From Mobula hypostoma (taxonomy: Eukaryota), in assembly GCF_963921235.1 (NCBI RefSeq), contig NC_086106.1, positions 36,704,001 through 36,768,000 on the forward strand: 64,000 nt of DNA, read 5' to 3'. The stretch's first letter is position 1, and each line of letters starts with the position of its first letter. The translations under genes and the position numbers were made by a program. The notes under the pieces are model-generated. The model saw only the letters and a program-made list of their open reading frames with translations, did no database searches and had not been told where the DNA came from. Below, piece after piece: positions 1 through 13,850 of the stretch.

Positions 1-1642
1 TCTGAAGCGTTTCCGTCTACATTCAAGTTCTAAAGTCATCTCTGGGAAAGCAATACCTTACCATTGATCCCTGGGAAACATGGCTTGACATTTCTCATAT
101 ATCTGGGCAACCTTTGCTTTGTTGTTCTAAAATGTCACTGACAGGGATTGTGTTGACCAGACCTGAATATTTCATGCTTTTCTGGAGCTTCTCCATGAAG
201 GTAACTAGATTTGATAGTCATTATCTGATGCTGCCTATTTCATCTGAACACATGGTAGTGAAGAACAACCCATATGATGCAACTGGCGTTTATCTCAGAT
301 TCGAATCCAATTCTGCATTTTCTTATCACAATCCATTGGTGTATAACATTTCCGAAAATCTTTTCCAGGCTTCCCATTCACATATCTGTGAAGGAGTGCA
401 AATCCATGGCCTATCTGGTCTAAATAGTCCTAAGCAGTGTTTCTAGACTGGCATATAGCAGGTGCAGTTGATTATACGTTATATTTTATGTAATGTTACA
501 GAGAATGTTTGCTTCAATAATTTAATATTTCAAGGCATGGCAATTAATTCAAATTGAACAAAATGTGTTATCCATGCAGAAGGATACAGGGGCAACCAAC
601 GGTGCCACAAGTCTTCGCAAAGTGTGCTGCCATGTTGGGGCCTCCCGCCAGGTCAGAACGGATGTATTTCCGTCTAGAAGTGCCGGGTGTACGTTAGCAA
701 AGATATCTGGAGCATAACTGCAGTATTTGCTATATGTCGTGCAATTGTTTCGGAAAATAAACCTGCATACTAGGTATTGTGATTTATTCCCAAAAGGACA
801 GTGTAAGGTTATTGCACAAGATTCTGATCGTCATTTATAAAGTGGGTATAGATGGTTTGGGTAGGATGCAAATGTCAAAAGAAATATTGTGAAAACGGAA
901 GAAGAGATAGAAAATATCTAACTCCCTTTCTCTTGAGGTTAGAAATAGGAGATCGTCTTCTAACGAAAAGGGGCTTGGTTAGAGTAGATAGATAGATAAT
1001 CTTTCTACTTTTGGGGATAAACCTGAGCAAAGGACACCTATATAAAGCAATCATCAAGAAAATAACACAAGGAGTGGTGTGCATCTGAGCCTTATTAACG
1101 TGGCACCTCGTCAACAGTTTAAGGGACAAGTATTACGTTGATGCAAATAGATGAGAAAGTCAGCATCAGACTTGAAGATAGGATAAAAACGTCCATTGTC
1201 TCAGACAGCGTTTACTCTGCCATATTTTCAATTTATTCTATGGACTCCATTTACGTTCGCAACTGATCACGTCTTATTTACACTTCAATACTTTCTCCGC
1301 ATCAACCTTTCTGTTAGCTCACCCACAACGGTCAGACATTATTTAACTATACGTTTTCATACAGTAAACGTACTCGATGGAATTCTTCATCTGGTTGGCG
1401 TCGTGCAATTCCATCGCTACTAATGGCAGGAGGACAGATACAACATTTCATGGCTCATATTTTCATCTTGTGCCACGAAGTTTGGATTTCAGTTCCGCCA
1501 TTGTCCTTAAATGTATTCCATCGATATCAGCATTAAATAAAGCTAGCCTCTACATTTCCACGCCCGCCCCTTTGTAAAATTCTTTATGTGCCGTCAAAGA
1601 GAAATGAAAAAACAAAGCATCCTGCTTAATTGTACAAACTAT

Positions 1643-1690
1643 ACCCAATTTCCCTCGGGAACAATAAAGTATGACTATGACTATGACTAT
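1643..1690 (+). mobile_element. ~48-bp 3' tail insertion of the same Rex1 family
   Basis: ccaatttccctcgggaacaataaagtatgactatga... matches 3204-3250; absent from the sister copy at ~6735. Confidence 0.75.
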
Positions 1691-2059
1691 GCTCCATTCG
1701 TCAGTTATAAATGCTGCCAAAAATTTTGGCCCAACCAATTTGGACAAAGCAGAATTCACCATATTAATTGTTTTGCGTCAATAAAACTACTTTACATTGT
1801 AAACCACAAATCTCTATGCATTACAAACTCCGTTCCAATCGGAAGTTTCCAGCAGTAAAAGTTAACTTAAACTGACACATTCAAACACTGCTATAAGTTG
1901 TATGACAAAGCACGGCGTTAACTGCAATGTGCAAGCTGAAATGCATAGAGCAAACGCAACACTGGATAGAAACTATAAGTATAATTCAAGTTCACTTTTT
2001 GTTCTTCAAATCCTGCTCGAATTGTAGTTCACCGATTATTGACAGCACTCCATAACGTA

Positions 2060-3258
2060 CACAACTGTGTCTACGCCCAACTGGACTAGCCAGCGAGCAC
2101 TGTGAGGGTCATGTTTTTTGCCTTCTCCAGTGTGTTCAACACCATCCGCCCTGCTCTGCTGGGGGAGAAGCTGACAGCGATGCAGGTGGATGCTTCCCTG
2201 GTGTCATGGATTCTTGATTACCTGACTGGTAGACCACAGTACGTGTGTTTGCAACACTGTGTGTCCGACAGAGTGACCAGCAGCACTGGGGCTCCACAGG
2301 GGACTGTCTTGTCTCCCTTTCTCTTCACCATTTGCACCTCGGACTTCAACTACTGCACAGAGTCTTGTCATCTTCAGAAGTTTTCTGATGACTTTGCCAT
2401 AGTTGGATGCATCAGCAAGGGAGATGAGGCTGAGTACAGGGCTACAGTAGGACACTTTGTCACATAGCGTGAGCAGAATTATCTGCAGCTTAATGTGAAA
2501 AAGTCTAAGGAGCTGGTGGTGGACCTGAGCAGGGCTAAGGCACCGGTGACCCCTGTTTACATCCAGGGGGTCAGTGTGGACATGGTGGAGGATTACACAT
2601 ACCTGGGGATACGAATTGACAATAAACTGGACTGGTCAAAGAACACTGAAGCTGTCTACAAGAAGGGTCAGAGCCGTCTCTTTTTCCTGAGGAGAATGAG
2701 GTCCTTTAACATCTGTCGGACGATGCTGAGGATGTTCTACGAGTCTGTGGTGACCAGTGCTATCATATTTGCTGTTGTGTACTGGGGCAGCAGGCTGAGG
2801 GTAGCAGACACCAACAGAATCAACAAACTCATTCGTAAGGCCAGTGATGTTATGGGGTTGGAACTGGACTCTCTGGTGGTGGTGTCTGAAAAGAGGATGC
2901 TGTCCAAGTTGCATGCCATCTTGGACAATGTCTCCCATCCACTACATAATGGACTGGTTGGGCACAGGATTACATTCAGCCAGAGACTCATTCCACCGAG
3001 ATGCAACACAGAGCATCATAGGAAGTCATTCCTGCCTCTGGCCATCAAACTTTACAATTCCTCCCTTGGAGGGTCAGACACCCTGAGCCAAAAGGCTGGT
3101 CCTGGACTAATTTCCTGGCATTTGCATATTAGTATTTAATTATTTATGGTTTTATATTGCTTTATTTATACTCTATTCTTGGTTGGTGCAACTGTAACGA
3201 AAACCAATTTCCCTCGGGATCAATAAAGTATGACTATCACTATGACTATGACTACTAT
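2060..3258 (+). mobile_element. 5'-truncated Rex1/Babar LINE (RT C-terminal half)
   Basis: VRVMFF.FSS.FNTI, GAPQGTVLSPFLF, QKFSDD and KKGQSRLFFLRR motifs; AATAAA then a (CTATGA)n tail; absent from the sister copy near 7100. Confidence 0.88.
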
Positions 3259-3926
3259 GAACTTATGATTTTTTATTATTTTATGGCACGACAGCTGATT
3301 ATAATTTGGAAAAACAATATCTCACAGATTTCATACTTGATGTGTATGAATGTCGTTTATATTGTGCAAATGTCACTTGACTTTTATTATAGAAGCCTCT
3401 CCTGCATTACGAATGCCCAGGCGCTACTGCAACTATTTTGTCGCCACAAACACAAAAGATTCTGCAGATGCTGGAAATCCTAGGCCGCGCACAGAATGCT
3501 GAACGAACTCAGAAATCAGGCAGCATTTTGAAGTGTTTCCGTCAACATTCAAGTTCTAAAGTCATCTCTGGGAAAGCAATACTTTACCATTGATCCCTGG
3601 GAAACATCACTTGACATTTCTCATATATCAACCTTTGATTTCTTGCTCTAAAATGTCACTGACAGGGTTTGCATTGACCAGACGTGAGATATTTCATGTT
3701 TTTCTGGAGCTTCTACATGACGGTAACTAGATTTGATAGTCATTATCTGATGCTGCCCATTTCATCTGAACACCCGGTAGCGAAGAACAACCCATAAGAT
3801 GCAAACGACTTTTATCTTGTACTCGAATCCAGTTCTGCATTTTCTTATCACAATCCATTGGCGTATAACGTTTCTGGAAATCTTGTTCAGTCTTCCCAGT
3901 CACGCATCTTCGAAGTAATGCAAATA

Positions 3927-5509
3927 CAGTGGCGTGGAACCGTTTGGGCACCTCGGTCAAAATTTCTGTTACTGGGAATAGCTAAGCGAGTAAAAGATGA
4001 CCTGATTCCCAAAAGGCATAAAGGTAAAGATGACACATTTTTTTAAATTTCTTGAGCAAGATTACTTTTGTATTTACATCTTTTAAAGTTTCAAAATAAC
4101 GAAAAAGGAAAAGTTTGGGCACCCTGCATGGTCAGTACTTAGTAACACCCCCTTTGGCAAGTATCACAGCTTGGAAACGCTTTCTGTAGCCAGCTAAGAA
4201 TCTTTCAATTCTTGTTTGGGGGATTTTCGCCCATTTTTCTTTGCAAAAGGCTTCTAGTTCTGAGATTCTTGGGCCGTCTTGCATGCACTGCTCTTTTGAG
4301 GTCCATCCAGAGATTTTCGATGATGTTTAGGTCGGGGGGCTGTGAGGGCCATGGCAAAATCTTCAGCTTGCACCTCTTGAGGTAGTCCATTGTGGATTTT
4401 GAGGTGTATTTAGGATCATTATTCTGTTGTAGAAGCCATCCTCTTTTCATCTTCAGCTTTTTTTTACAGACGGTGTAATGCTTGCTTCCAGAAGTTGTTG
4501 GTATTTAATTGAATTCATTCGTCCCTCTACCAGTGAAACGTTCCCCGTGCCACTGGCTGCAACACAAGCCCAAAGCATGATCGGTCCACCCTCGTGCTTA
4601 ACCGTTGGAGAGGTGTAATTTTCATGAAATTCTGCACCCCTTTTTCTCCAAACATACCGTTACTCATTGCCGCCAAGAAGTTCTATTTTTAGTTCATCAG
4701 TTCACAGAACTTGTTTGCAAAATACATCAGGCTTGTTTAAATGTTCCTTTGCAAACTTCTGTCGCTGAATTGTGTGGTGAGGGCGCAGGAAAGGGTTTCT
4801 TCTGATGACTCTTCCATGAAAGTCATATTTGTGCAAGTGTTGCTGCACAGTAGAACAGTGCACCACCACTCCAGAGTCTGCTAAATCTTCCTGAAGGTCT
4901 TTTGCAGTCAAACAGCGGTTTTGATTTGCCTTTCTGGCAATCCTAGGAGCAGTTCTCTCGGAAAGTTTTCTTGGTCTTCCAGACCTTAACTTGACCTCCA
5001 CCGATCCTGTTAACTGCCATTTAATTACATTACGAACTGTGGAAACAGCTACCTGAAAACGCTTTGCTATCTTCTTATAACTGTCTCCTGCTTTGTGGGC
5101 ATCATTTGTTTTAATTTTCAGAGTGCTAGGCAACTGCTTAGAGGAGCCCATGGTTGCTGATTTTTGGTACAAGGTTTGAGGAGTCAGGGTATTTATAAAC
5201 CTTTGAAATTTGCATTACCTGGCCTTTCTTAACGATGACTGTGACAAGCCATAGCCCTAACAAGCTAATTAAGGTCTGAGAACTTAACAGAGAGCTCAAA
5301 TCTCTTGGGGTGCGCAAACTTTTGCCTGATGCTCCTCTCCTTTTTTTTCCACTCTAAAATTGTACAAAACAAAAATGATACACTAATCTTGCTTAGAATG
5401 TTGAAAAATATGTTTCATCTTTAACGTTATGACTTTTGGAGATCAGTTCACCTTCTATTCACAGTAACAGAAATTTTGACCAGAAGGCCCACACTTTTGC
5501 ATGCCGCTG
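3927..5509 (-). mobile_element. Tc1-like DNA transposon (IR-DR type) with degenerate transposase ~5151-4132
   Basis: TA duplications at 3925-3926 and 5510-5511; TIRs CAG(T/C)GGC...GGTCAAAATTTCTGTTACTG; inner repeats at ~4107 and ~5307; motifs GRPRK, QQNNDPKY, WPSQPPDLNIIENLW, AKGGVTKY*. Confidence 0.93.
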
Positions 5510-7309
5510 TACATGGTCTATCTGGTCTAAATAGTTCTAAGCAGTGTTTGTAGGCTGGAATATAGCAGGTGCCGTTGATTATACGTTATATTTTATGTCA
5601 TGCAACAGAGAATGTTTACTTCAATAATTTAATATTACATGGCGTGGCAATTAATTCAATTTGTAAGAATATGTTCTCCATGTGGAAGGAAACAGGGGCA
5701 ACCAACAGTGCCACAAGTCTTCGCAAAGTGCGCTGCCATGTTGGGGCCGCCGGCCATGTCAGGACGGATGATATGTCTGTCTAGATATAGCGGGATTACA
5801 TGAACAAAGATACCTGGAGCACAACTGCAGTATTTCCTACATATTGTGCAATTGGTTTGGAAAATAAACTTGCATACTAGGTATTGTGGTTTATTCCCAC
5901 AAGGACAATGTAAGGTTATTGCACAAGATTCTCCTCGTCATCTTATAAACTGGTGATAGCTGGATTGGTTCGGATGCAAAAGGATATATAATGCCAAAAG
6001 AACTATTGTGAAAGCAGGAGAAGAGAGAGAAAGTATCGAACTCCCGCTCTCTTGAGGTTAGAAATATGAGGTTGTCTTTTAACGAAAAGGGGCTTGGATA
6101 GAGTAGATACAGGGATAATATTTCCACTTGTGGGGATAAGCCTGAGCAAATGTAATACAATCAGCAAGAAATTTACACAAGGAATTGTGTGCATCTGAGC
6201 CTTATTAACGTGGCGCCTCGCCGACCGTTGACAAGTATTACGTTGATGCAAATAGATGAGAAAGTCAGCATGAGTCTTGAATGTGGGATAAAGAGCCCAT
6301 TGTCATAGACGGCGTTTACACAGCCATATTTTCAATTTATTCAGTGGACTCCAGTTACGTTCGCAAATGATCACGTGTTCTTCACAGTTCTATACTTTCT
6401 CCACATCAACCTTTCTGTAGGCTCACCAACAACGGTCAGATATTATTTCATATAGCTAACGTACTGGATGGAATTCTTCATCTGACTGGCATCGAGCAAT
6501 TCCTTCGCCACTAACGGCGGCAGGAGAGATACAACATTTCATGGCTTATGGCTTATCTTTTCATCTTGTACCACAGAGTTGGGATTTCACTTCTGCCATG
6601 GCCCTTAAATGAATTCCATCGATATCAGCATTAAATAAAGCCAGCCTCTGCATTCTCACGCCCGCCGCCGCTTTGTAAAATTCTTTATATGCCATCAAAG
6701 AGCAATGAAAAAAATCCTGCTTAATTGTACAAATTACGCACCATTTGTAAAGTATAAATGCTTCCAAAAATTTAGGCCCAACCAATTTGGTCAAAGCAGA
6801 ATTCCCCATATTAATTGTTATTCGTCAATAAAACTACCTTACATTGTAGGCAACAAATCTCTATGCATTACAAACGCCGTTCCAATCAAAGGACTCCAGC
6901 ACCTAAAGTTAACTTAAACTGACACATTCAAACACTGCTATAAGTTGTATGACAAAGCACGGCGTTAACCATAATGTGCAAGTTGAAATGCATAGGGGAA
7001 ACGCAACTCTGGATAGAAACTATAAATATAATTCAAGTTCACATTTTGTTCTTCGAGTTCTACTCTAACTGTAGTTCACCGATTATAGACAGCACTCCAT
7101 ACTGTAAAAAAAACTTCCGGTTTTTATTATTTTATAGCACGATAGATCAATATAATTTGGAAAAACAATATCTCACATATTTCATACTTGATGTGGTGCA
7201 TGCCGTTTATACTATCCAAATGTCATTTGACTTTTATAATAGAAAAGTGTCCTGCCTTACGTCTACCCAGGCGCTGCGGTGACTATTTTGTCGCCACAAA
7301 CACAAAAGA

Positions 7310-7935
7310 TTCTGCAGATGCTGGAAAACCTAGGCCGCGCACAGAATGCAGAAGGAACACAGAATTCAGGCAGCATCTATGGAGGGGAAAAAACAGTCAA
7401 CGTTAGGGCTGAAACCCTTCATTAGAACTGAAAAGGAAGGGGGGTGTGAGGGGCACAAGCTGTAGCTGTTAGGTGAGACCAGATAAGAACGGAGGTGGAT
7501 GCTTGGGGAGGGTGGATGAAGTACGAAGCTGGGGAGTGATAAGTTTGAATAGTAAAGTACGGAAGAAAGAATCTGATTGGAGAGGACAGTGGACAATGGG
7601 CGAGCAGGAAGGAGGATATGATGGTCAAGTGAGGACCATCGTATATTTACCCTCTGAGGAGGGTAAAAAGGTAAGTAGAATGAGTAACCGATAAAGAGAG
7701 AAAGATGGGTTAGGAGTAATTGCCCGAAATTGGAGATACTAGTGTTCATATCACAAGGATGGAGACGACATAGACGGTAATACCTAGATAAGGTGTTAGT
7801 CTTCCACACTGAGCTTTGTCTCATCATGCCAGTAGAGGAGGCCATTGTCAGAATGGGAAAGGAAAGTGAAGTTGAAATAGGTAGCCACCCGCAGATACTC
7901 TGTTTAGCGGCGGACAGACCAAATCTGTTCGATGA
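7310..7935 (-). mobile_element. Degenerate Penelope-like remnant (paralogous remnant at 20345-20830)
   Basis: Reverse-complement similarity to the element at 13851-14543, including a decayed hammerhead motif near 7395-7430. Confidence 0.6.
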
Positions 7936-8284
7936 TGCGATTCTGGAAGGAATATCTTATTTCATAATGCACTGAATCTGGTCGCCTTGCAATGTAGAAC
8001 GGCGATTGACCCGGTGTCTTTCTTTGTTGTTGCACCGACACTTCATTCTATCCTATCCTGAGGAAAAGTAAAATCCGTGGAAATCGTATACATAAATCTG
8101 TGTTCAATAACTTTATCTGATTCAGATACTGTGAAACGTTTTCTGCTCTGTACGGTGGCATAATTTCGCATCATTCTATCGTATTCCCCTTCAGCGTACA
8201 GTGCTTTGGGGAAATCAGACATCACAAAGTGTCCCAAACATGTCCTTACCTTAGAAATTACATAGGGTTACCCATGCTGTTAAA

Positions 8285-8715
8285 AGACTCTATCGTATCC
8301 GCCTCCACCACCATCGCCGGCAGCCCATTCCACGCACTCACCACTCTCTGAATAAAAAAAACTAACCCTTGACATCTCCTCTGTACCTGCTTCCATGCAC
8401 CTTAAAACTGTGCCCTCTCAGCGCTGTGAAAAAGGATCTGACTATCCACACGATCAATGTCTGTCATCATCCTGTACACCTCTATCAGGGCACCTCTCAT
8501 CCTCCGTCGCTCCAAGCAAAAAAAGCCGAGTTCACTCAACCTATTCTCATAGGGCATGCAACCCGAATACAGGAAACATCCTTGTAAATCTCCTCTGCAC
8601 CCTCTCTATGATTTCCACATCCTTCCTGTAGTGAGGCGACCAGAAATGGGCACAGTACTCCAAGTGCGGTCTGACCAGGGTCCTATACAGCTGAAACATT
8701 ACCTCTCGGCTCTTC
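8285..8715 (-). mobile_element. CR1 LINE 3' fragment
   Basis: LYRTLVRPHLEYCAHFWSPHYRKDVEIIERVQRRFTRM motif. Confidence 0.8.
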
Positions 8716-8719
8716 TGTA

Positions 8720-10706
8720 CAGGTGCTCGATGTTTAGGGATTTCTTGCAGGATGTTAGGGATAAATTTGTCCCGGTGAGGAAGGTAAAGAATGGTGGAGT
8801 GAAGGAACCATGGGTGACTAGTGAGCTGGAAAATGTAGTCAGGTGGAAGAGGGCAGCATACGAGGTTTAGGAAGCAAGGATCAGATTGAGGAATATAGGG
8901 TAGCAAGAAACGAGCTTAAGAAGGGGATGAGGAGAGCAAGAAGGGGATATGTGAAGTCATTCTTCAATTATGTGAAGAACAAAATGATGACAGGAGTGAA
9001 TGTAAGACCAATTAAAGATAAAGGTGAAAAGATGTGCCTGGAGGCTGTAGAAGTGAGCGAGGTCCTCAATGAATACTTCTCTTCGGTGTTCAACAATGAG
9101 AGGAAACTTGATGACGGTGAGGACAATATGAGTGAGGTTGATGCTCTGGAACATGTTGATGTTAATAAAGAGGAGGTATTGGAGTTGTTAAAATACATTA
9201 GGACGGATAAGTCCCCGGAGCCTTAAGGAATATTCCCCAGGCTGCTCTACGAGGCGAGGGAAGAGATTGCTGAGCCTCTGGCTAGGATTTTCATGTCGTA
9301 CTTGTCCACGGGAATGGTACCAGAGGACTGGTGGGAGGCAAAGGTTGGCCCCGTCTTCAAAAAAGATAATAAGGATAGTCCGGGTAATTATAGACCAGCG
9401 ACCCTTACGTCTGTGGTGGAAAAGCTGTTGGAAAAGATTCTTAGAGATAGGATCTATGGGCATTTAGAGAATCATGGTTTGATCAGGGACAGTCAGCGTG
9501 GCTTTGTGAGGTCATATCGTGACTAATAAGCCTGATAGAGTTCTTTGAGGAAGTGACCAGGCATATAGATGAGGGTAGTGCAGTGGATGTGATCTACATG
9601 GATTTTAGTCAGGCATTTGTCAAGGTTCCACATGGTAGGCTTACTCAGAAAGTCAGAAGGCATGGGATCCAGGGAGGTTTGGACAGGTGGATTCAGAATT
9701 GGCTCGCCTGCAGAAGGCAGAGGGTCGTGGTAGAGGGAGTACATTTGGCTTGGAGGGTTGTGACTAGTGGTGTCCCACAAGGATCGGCTCTGGGACCTCA
9801 ACTTTTCGTAATTTTTATTAACGACCTGGATGTGGGAGTAAAAGGGTGGGTTGGCAAGTTTGCAGATGACACAAACGTTGGTGGTGTTGTGAATAGTGTA
9901 GAGGATTGTCGAAGATTGCAGAAAGACATTGATAGGATGCAGAAGTGGGCTTAGAAGTGGCAGATGGAGTTCAACCCGGAGAAGTGTGAGGTGGTACACT
10001 TTGGAAGGACAAACTCTAAGGCAGAGTACAAAGTAAATGGCAGGATACTTGGTAGTGTGGAGGAGCAGAGGGATCTGGAGGTACATGTCCATAGAAAGCT
10101 CATGCGGTGTTAGCTATTATAAGTTGAGGGATAGAGTGTAAGAGTCGCAGGGTAATGATGCAGCTCTATAAAACTCTGGTTAGGTCACACTTCGAGTACA
10201 GTGTCCAGTTCTGGTCGCCTCACTATAGGAATGATGTGGAAGCATTGGAGAGGGTACAGAGGAGATTTACCAGGATGCTGCCTGGTTTAGAGAGTATGGA
10301 TTATGATCAGAGATTAAGGGAGCTCGGGCTTTACTCTTTGGAGAGAAGGAGGATGAGCGGAGACATGATAGAGGTATACAAGATATTAAGAGTAATAGAT
10401 AGAGTGGATAGCCAGCGCCTCTTCCTCAGGGCACCACTGCTCAGAACAAGAGGACATGGCTTTAAGGTAAGGGGTCGGAAGTTCAAGGGGGATATTAGAG
10501 TAAGGTTTTTTACTCAGAGAGTGGTTGGTGCGTGGAATACACTGCCTGAGTCAGTGGTGGAGGCAGATACACTAGTGAAATTTAGGAGATTGCTAGACAG
10601 GTAGACGGAGGAATTTAAGGTGCGGAGGTAGGGTTTAAGGGTCGCCACATCATTGTGGGCCGAAGGGTCCGTACTGTGCTGTACTATTCTATGTTCTATG
10701 TTCTAT
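8720..10706 (+). mobile_element. 5'-truncated CR1 LINE with degenerate ORF2
   Basis: KSP.P, PGNYRP, GVPQGSALGP, FADDT and LVRSHFEYSVQFWSP motifs; (CTATGTT)n tail at ~10686-10706. Confidence 0.9.
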
Positions 10707-13700
10707 TTTCTATAAATAATAATCAACCTGTGGGCTAATCAGTGGCTTATAGCAGAATATCCTATATCTTCTATTCTATGCCCAAAACTATGATGGCCAG
10801 CATGTTAGATGATTTCTTCCCCGCCCTTTTTTGAAGAGTCAGAGATGAACAATTTTCCTCATTACGTTATTACTTCGTAATGCAATATATCTTCCTTAAG
10901 AATAAAGACCTGTCTTCTTTAATTATTGTCCCTATTTACCCTTCTGTTTCATCCATTTTCGAGTTCACATTAGCCAATTTTTCCAACATTCCATTACCTT
11001 TTTCTGAGTTTGAGACAGCTGTCATACCGAAGATTTTCACTTCGTTGTTGTAAATTCTATCATTAGTCCCCACTGGATCTTTTATTCTGAGATCATTAAT
11101 TATTGCTCTCATCATCAACATTATAATTTTGATCTGTCTCATCTATTTGATAGTGTAAGTTGTTCACGGTATTTGGAAAGTTTCTGTTTTTCAGGGTGAC
11201 CCGTCTACATGGACAACTTAAACCTTGTCAAAGGCAGGCAGAGGGCAGCGCAGCGCCGCAGCTAGTGCTACCGCTGTCTTACTGCCCCGCTGATCATTGG
11301 TTCATTCCTGAATTCCTGTATTATCTGTGTGTATTATTCTGTCTACAGCTTTCTATGTTCCTGTGCATTCTGGCCATACCAGAACATGATACAACCAGTC
11401 AGGATACTTAAACAATATATGTATAGATGCTTCCTTACAGTGTTTGGTGACAAGCCAAACCTCCATATCTTCTACGAATGTAAAGACACTGGTAAATCTG
11501 ACCAGTGTTTCAATCTACTTGGTGGGCATAGGACAAGTTATCCATTATGTTAACACCCAGGAAATTAAAGCTGCTTATCATCTCCATTGGCGATACACAC
11601 GTTCTTCCTCCTTCTCCTTGTAGTCAATAATCAGTTCTTTAGTTTCACTCATGGTGAGCGAGCATTTGTTGTTGTGACACCACTCAACCAAATGTCAGTT
11701 TTTGCTCTTGTTGCCTGACTTATCACCACTTATGTTTCGGTCAACAACAATGATAATGTCGGCGAATTTATGCATGGCATTGAAGCTGCTCATCACATCA
11801 GGCAGGAGCAAATCCTCATCCGCCACATGAAGCTTGTTTAAAGGTGACCTACACAGAGTACAGGACAGATATGTTTTAGTCTGAAGGATGGACAAAGACA
11901 GCAAGATAAAGAGAACCTTAGATCTCGAGGGAGGTGATGAATTTGGATTGATAAGGAAAAGGAAAAACATGCAAAGTTAGGAACTTAGAATAAAATCCTT
12001 ATAATGAAACGAGAAAATAACTCAAAGAGAGCATTAGGAAAGCAAAGAGGGACCATGCAAGGTCTTTTGGAAGCAGGATTAAAGAGAACTACAGGGCATT
12101 CTATACATACATCAGAAGTAAGAGAATAATTGGGGAGAGGGTAAGACCATTCAAGGATGAAAGGTGGTAACATTTCCATGGATGCAGAGAATGCGGGTGA
12201 TGTCCTCAATGAATACTTTGCATTGGTATTTTCCAAGGAGAAGGATATAGAGGATAAGGCGATCAGCGCAGAGAGTAATAATATACGATGTTAATGAGGA
12301 GTTCTCGATGGGTCCCTTAAAGAGCATTAGGGTATGTAAGTCTCCAGGCCATTATATACATATGTAGCCCAGGTTTTTGAGAAAGGGAAGAGACGTGATT
12401 GCTGGAGTCTTGACGAACATCTGAGTGGAACCACAAGAAGAAGCAATGATTTTATTTAGGTCCAAGGCTGAAGAGTAAAAAGGCAGCACGTCGCAGCAGT
12501 TTTCATTGATAGATTGTGCCCAATCAGTGAACGGGTTTCATTAGAAAGGTCGAATGAAAATAGTCAGGGGCAAGCGGAGCGGCCATTGTGCGAATAGGCC
12601 AGTGTTGGAGTGGTTTTGTTTCATCAGGCTTGGACGACGTAAATATCTGATAAGTTTCTTGTTCTTCCTCCTTATCCTTCGTTCCTCATTTGTTAAGGCA
12701 CATTTAGTGCAGTAAGAATGACTGTAGCAGCCGTGATTTGTTCAGCGTGATGCTGGGAGATGTCTAGTTTCCCAGATAACCACATCTGCACTAGGTGCAC
12801 CAAGCTGTAGCACCTCAGCAAACCTGTTAAGGAACTGCAGCTGCAGCTTGATAACCTTCGGCTCCTATGGCAAACCGAGGGAGTGAAAGATATGATCTAG
12901 AAGGAGGCAGTAAATCCTAGGTTGCGAGAAACATTGAAATTAATGACTTCCAGGAGAAGCAAGGGAACTGTATAACCAGTGCAGAGTACTCCTGTGTCTA
13001 TTGGGCTCAATAATAAGTATATTACTTTGAAATATTGTTGAGAGGACGACCTGCCCGGGAGAGCGGCAGCGATTGTGTCTCTGGTGCTGAGTGTGGAACT
13101 CTGGCTCAGAAAAGTAGAGAGGTGAAGAGAACTGCAGTAGTGATTGGAGATTCCATGGTCAGTGAAATACAGAAGAGATTCTGTGGATGCGATAGAGACA
13201 TCCGGAAGGCATGTTGCCTTGCAGATGCCAGGGTCGTTGATGTCACAGATCGTGTCCAAAGGTTGTGGGGGCGGGCTGGCGGATGAAGGCGGAGTGGGCA
13301 GCCAGAACCCTTAGTACACGTTGGCATCAATGACATAGGTAGGAAAGGTGAGGGAGTCCTAATGAGAGATTTTAACGAGCGAAGTAAAAAGCTGGAAAGC
13401 AGGACCTCCAGGGTAGTAATCGCTAGACTGCTGCCTCTGGACTTACCATTGAGGTAAGAACAGAATGATTTGGCAGATGACTGCATGGTTGAGGAACTGG
13501 TGCAGGGGCGTGAGGTCAGAGTTATGGATCATTGGCATCTCTTCAGGAGTAGGTACAATCTTTGCGAAAGGGATGTGTTTCACCTGAATCGGAGGGAGAC
13601 CAGTATCCCTGCAGGCAGGGTTGCTCGAGCTGTCGGGAGAGTTTAAACTAATTTGGCGGGAGGATGGAAGTCGGAGTGATAGAGTTGAGGATGGGGTAGT

Positions 13701-13850
13701 TGGATTACAAATAAATGCAGAATGTAGTGAATATGCTGGCAAGGAGAGGCTAATGATGGATCAAAATTGCAGTGAACAGTAGAAGTTGCAATACAAAAGG
13801 GGGACAAATTTGAAAAGTGCGATGAATGCAGGACTGAACGTGATATATCT

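Larger units (their letters stand above)
1..7370. repeat. Tandem duplication of a ~2.3-kb non-coding module (copies 1-3525 and 3529-7370), also found upstream of A2 (42330-43320) and A3 (58980-59860)
   Basis: All copies start tgaag(c/t)gtttccgtc..cattcaagttctaaagtcatctctgggaaagc and are colinear; each carries different TE insertions. Confidence 0.85.

Noticed and set aside
114-446. Repeated ORF (...SFSMKVTRFDSHYLMLP..., also 42503 and 59154) as a gene family
   Set aside because: Starts and stops differ between copies, the copy near 3700 is broken, and no domain is recognisable.
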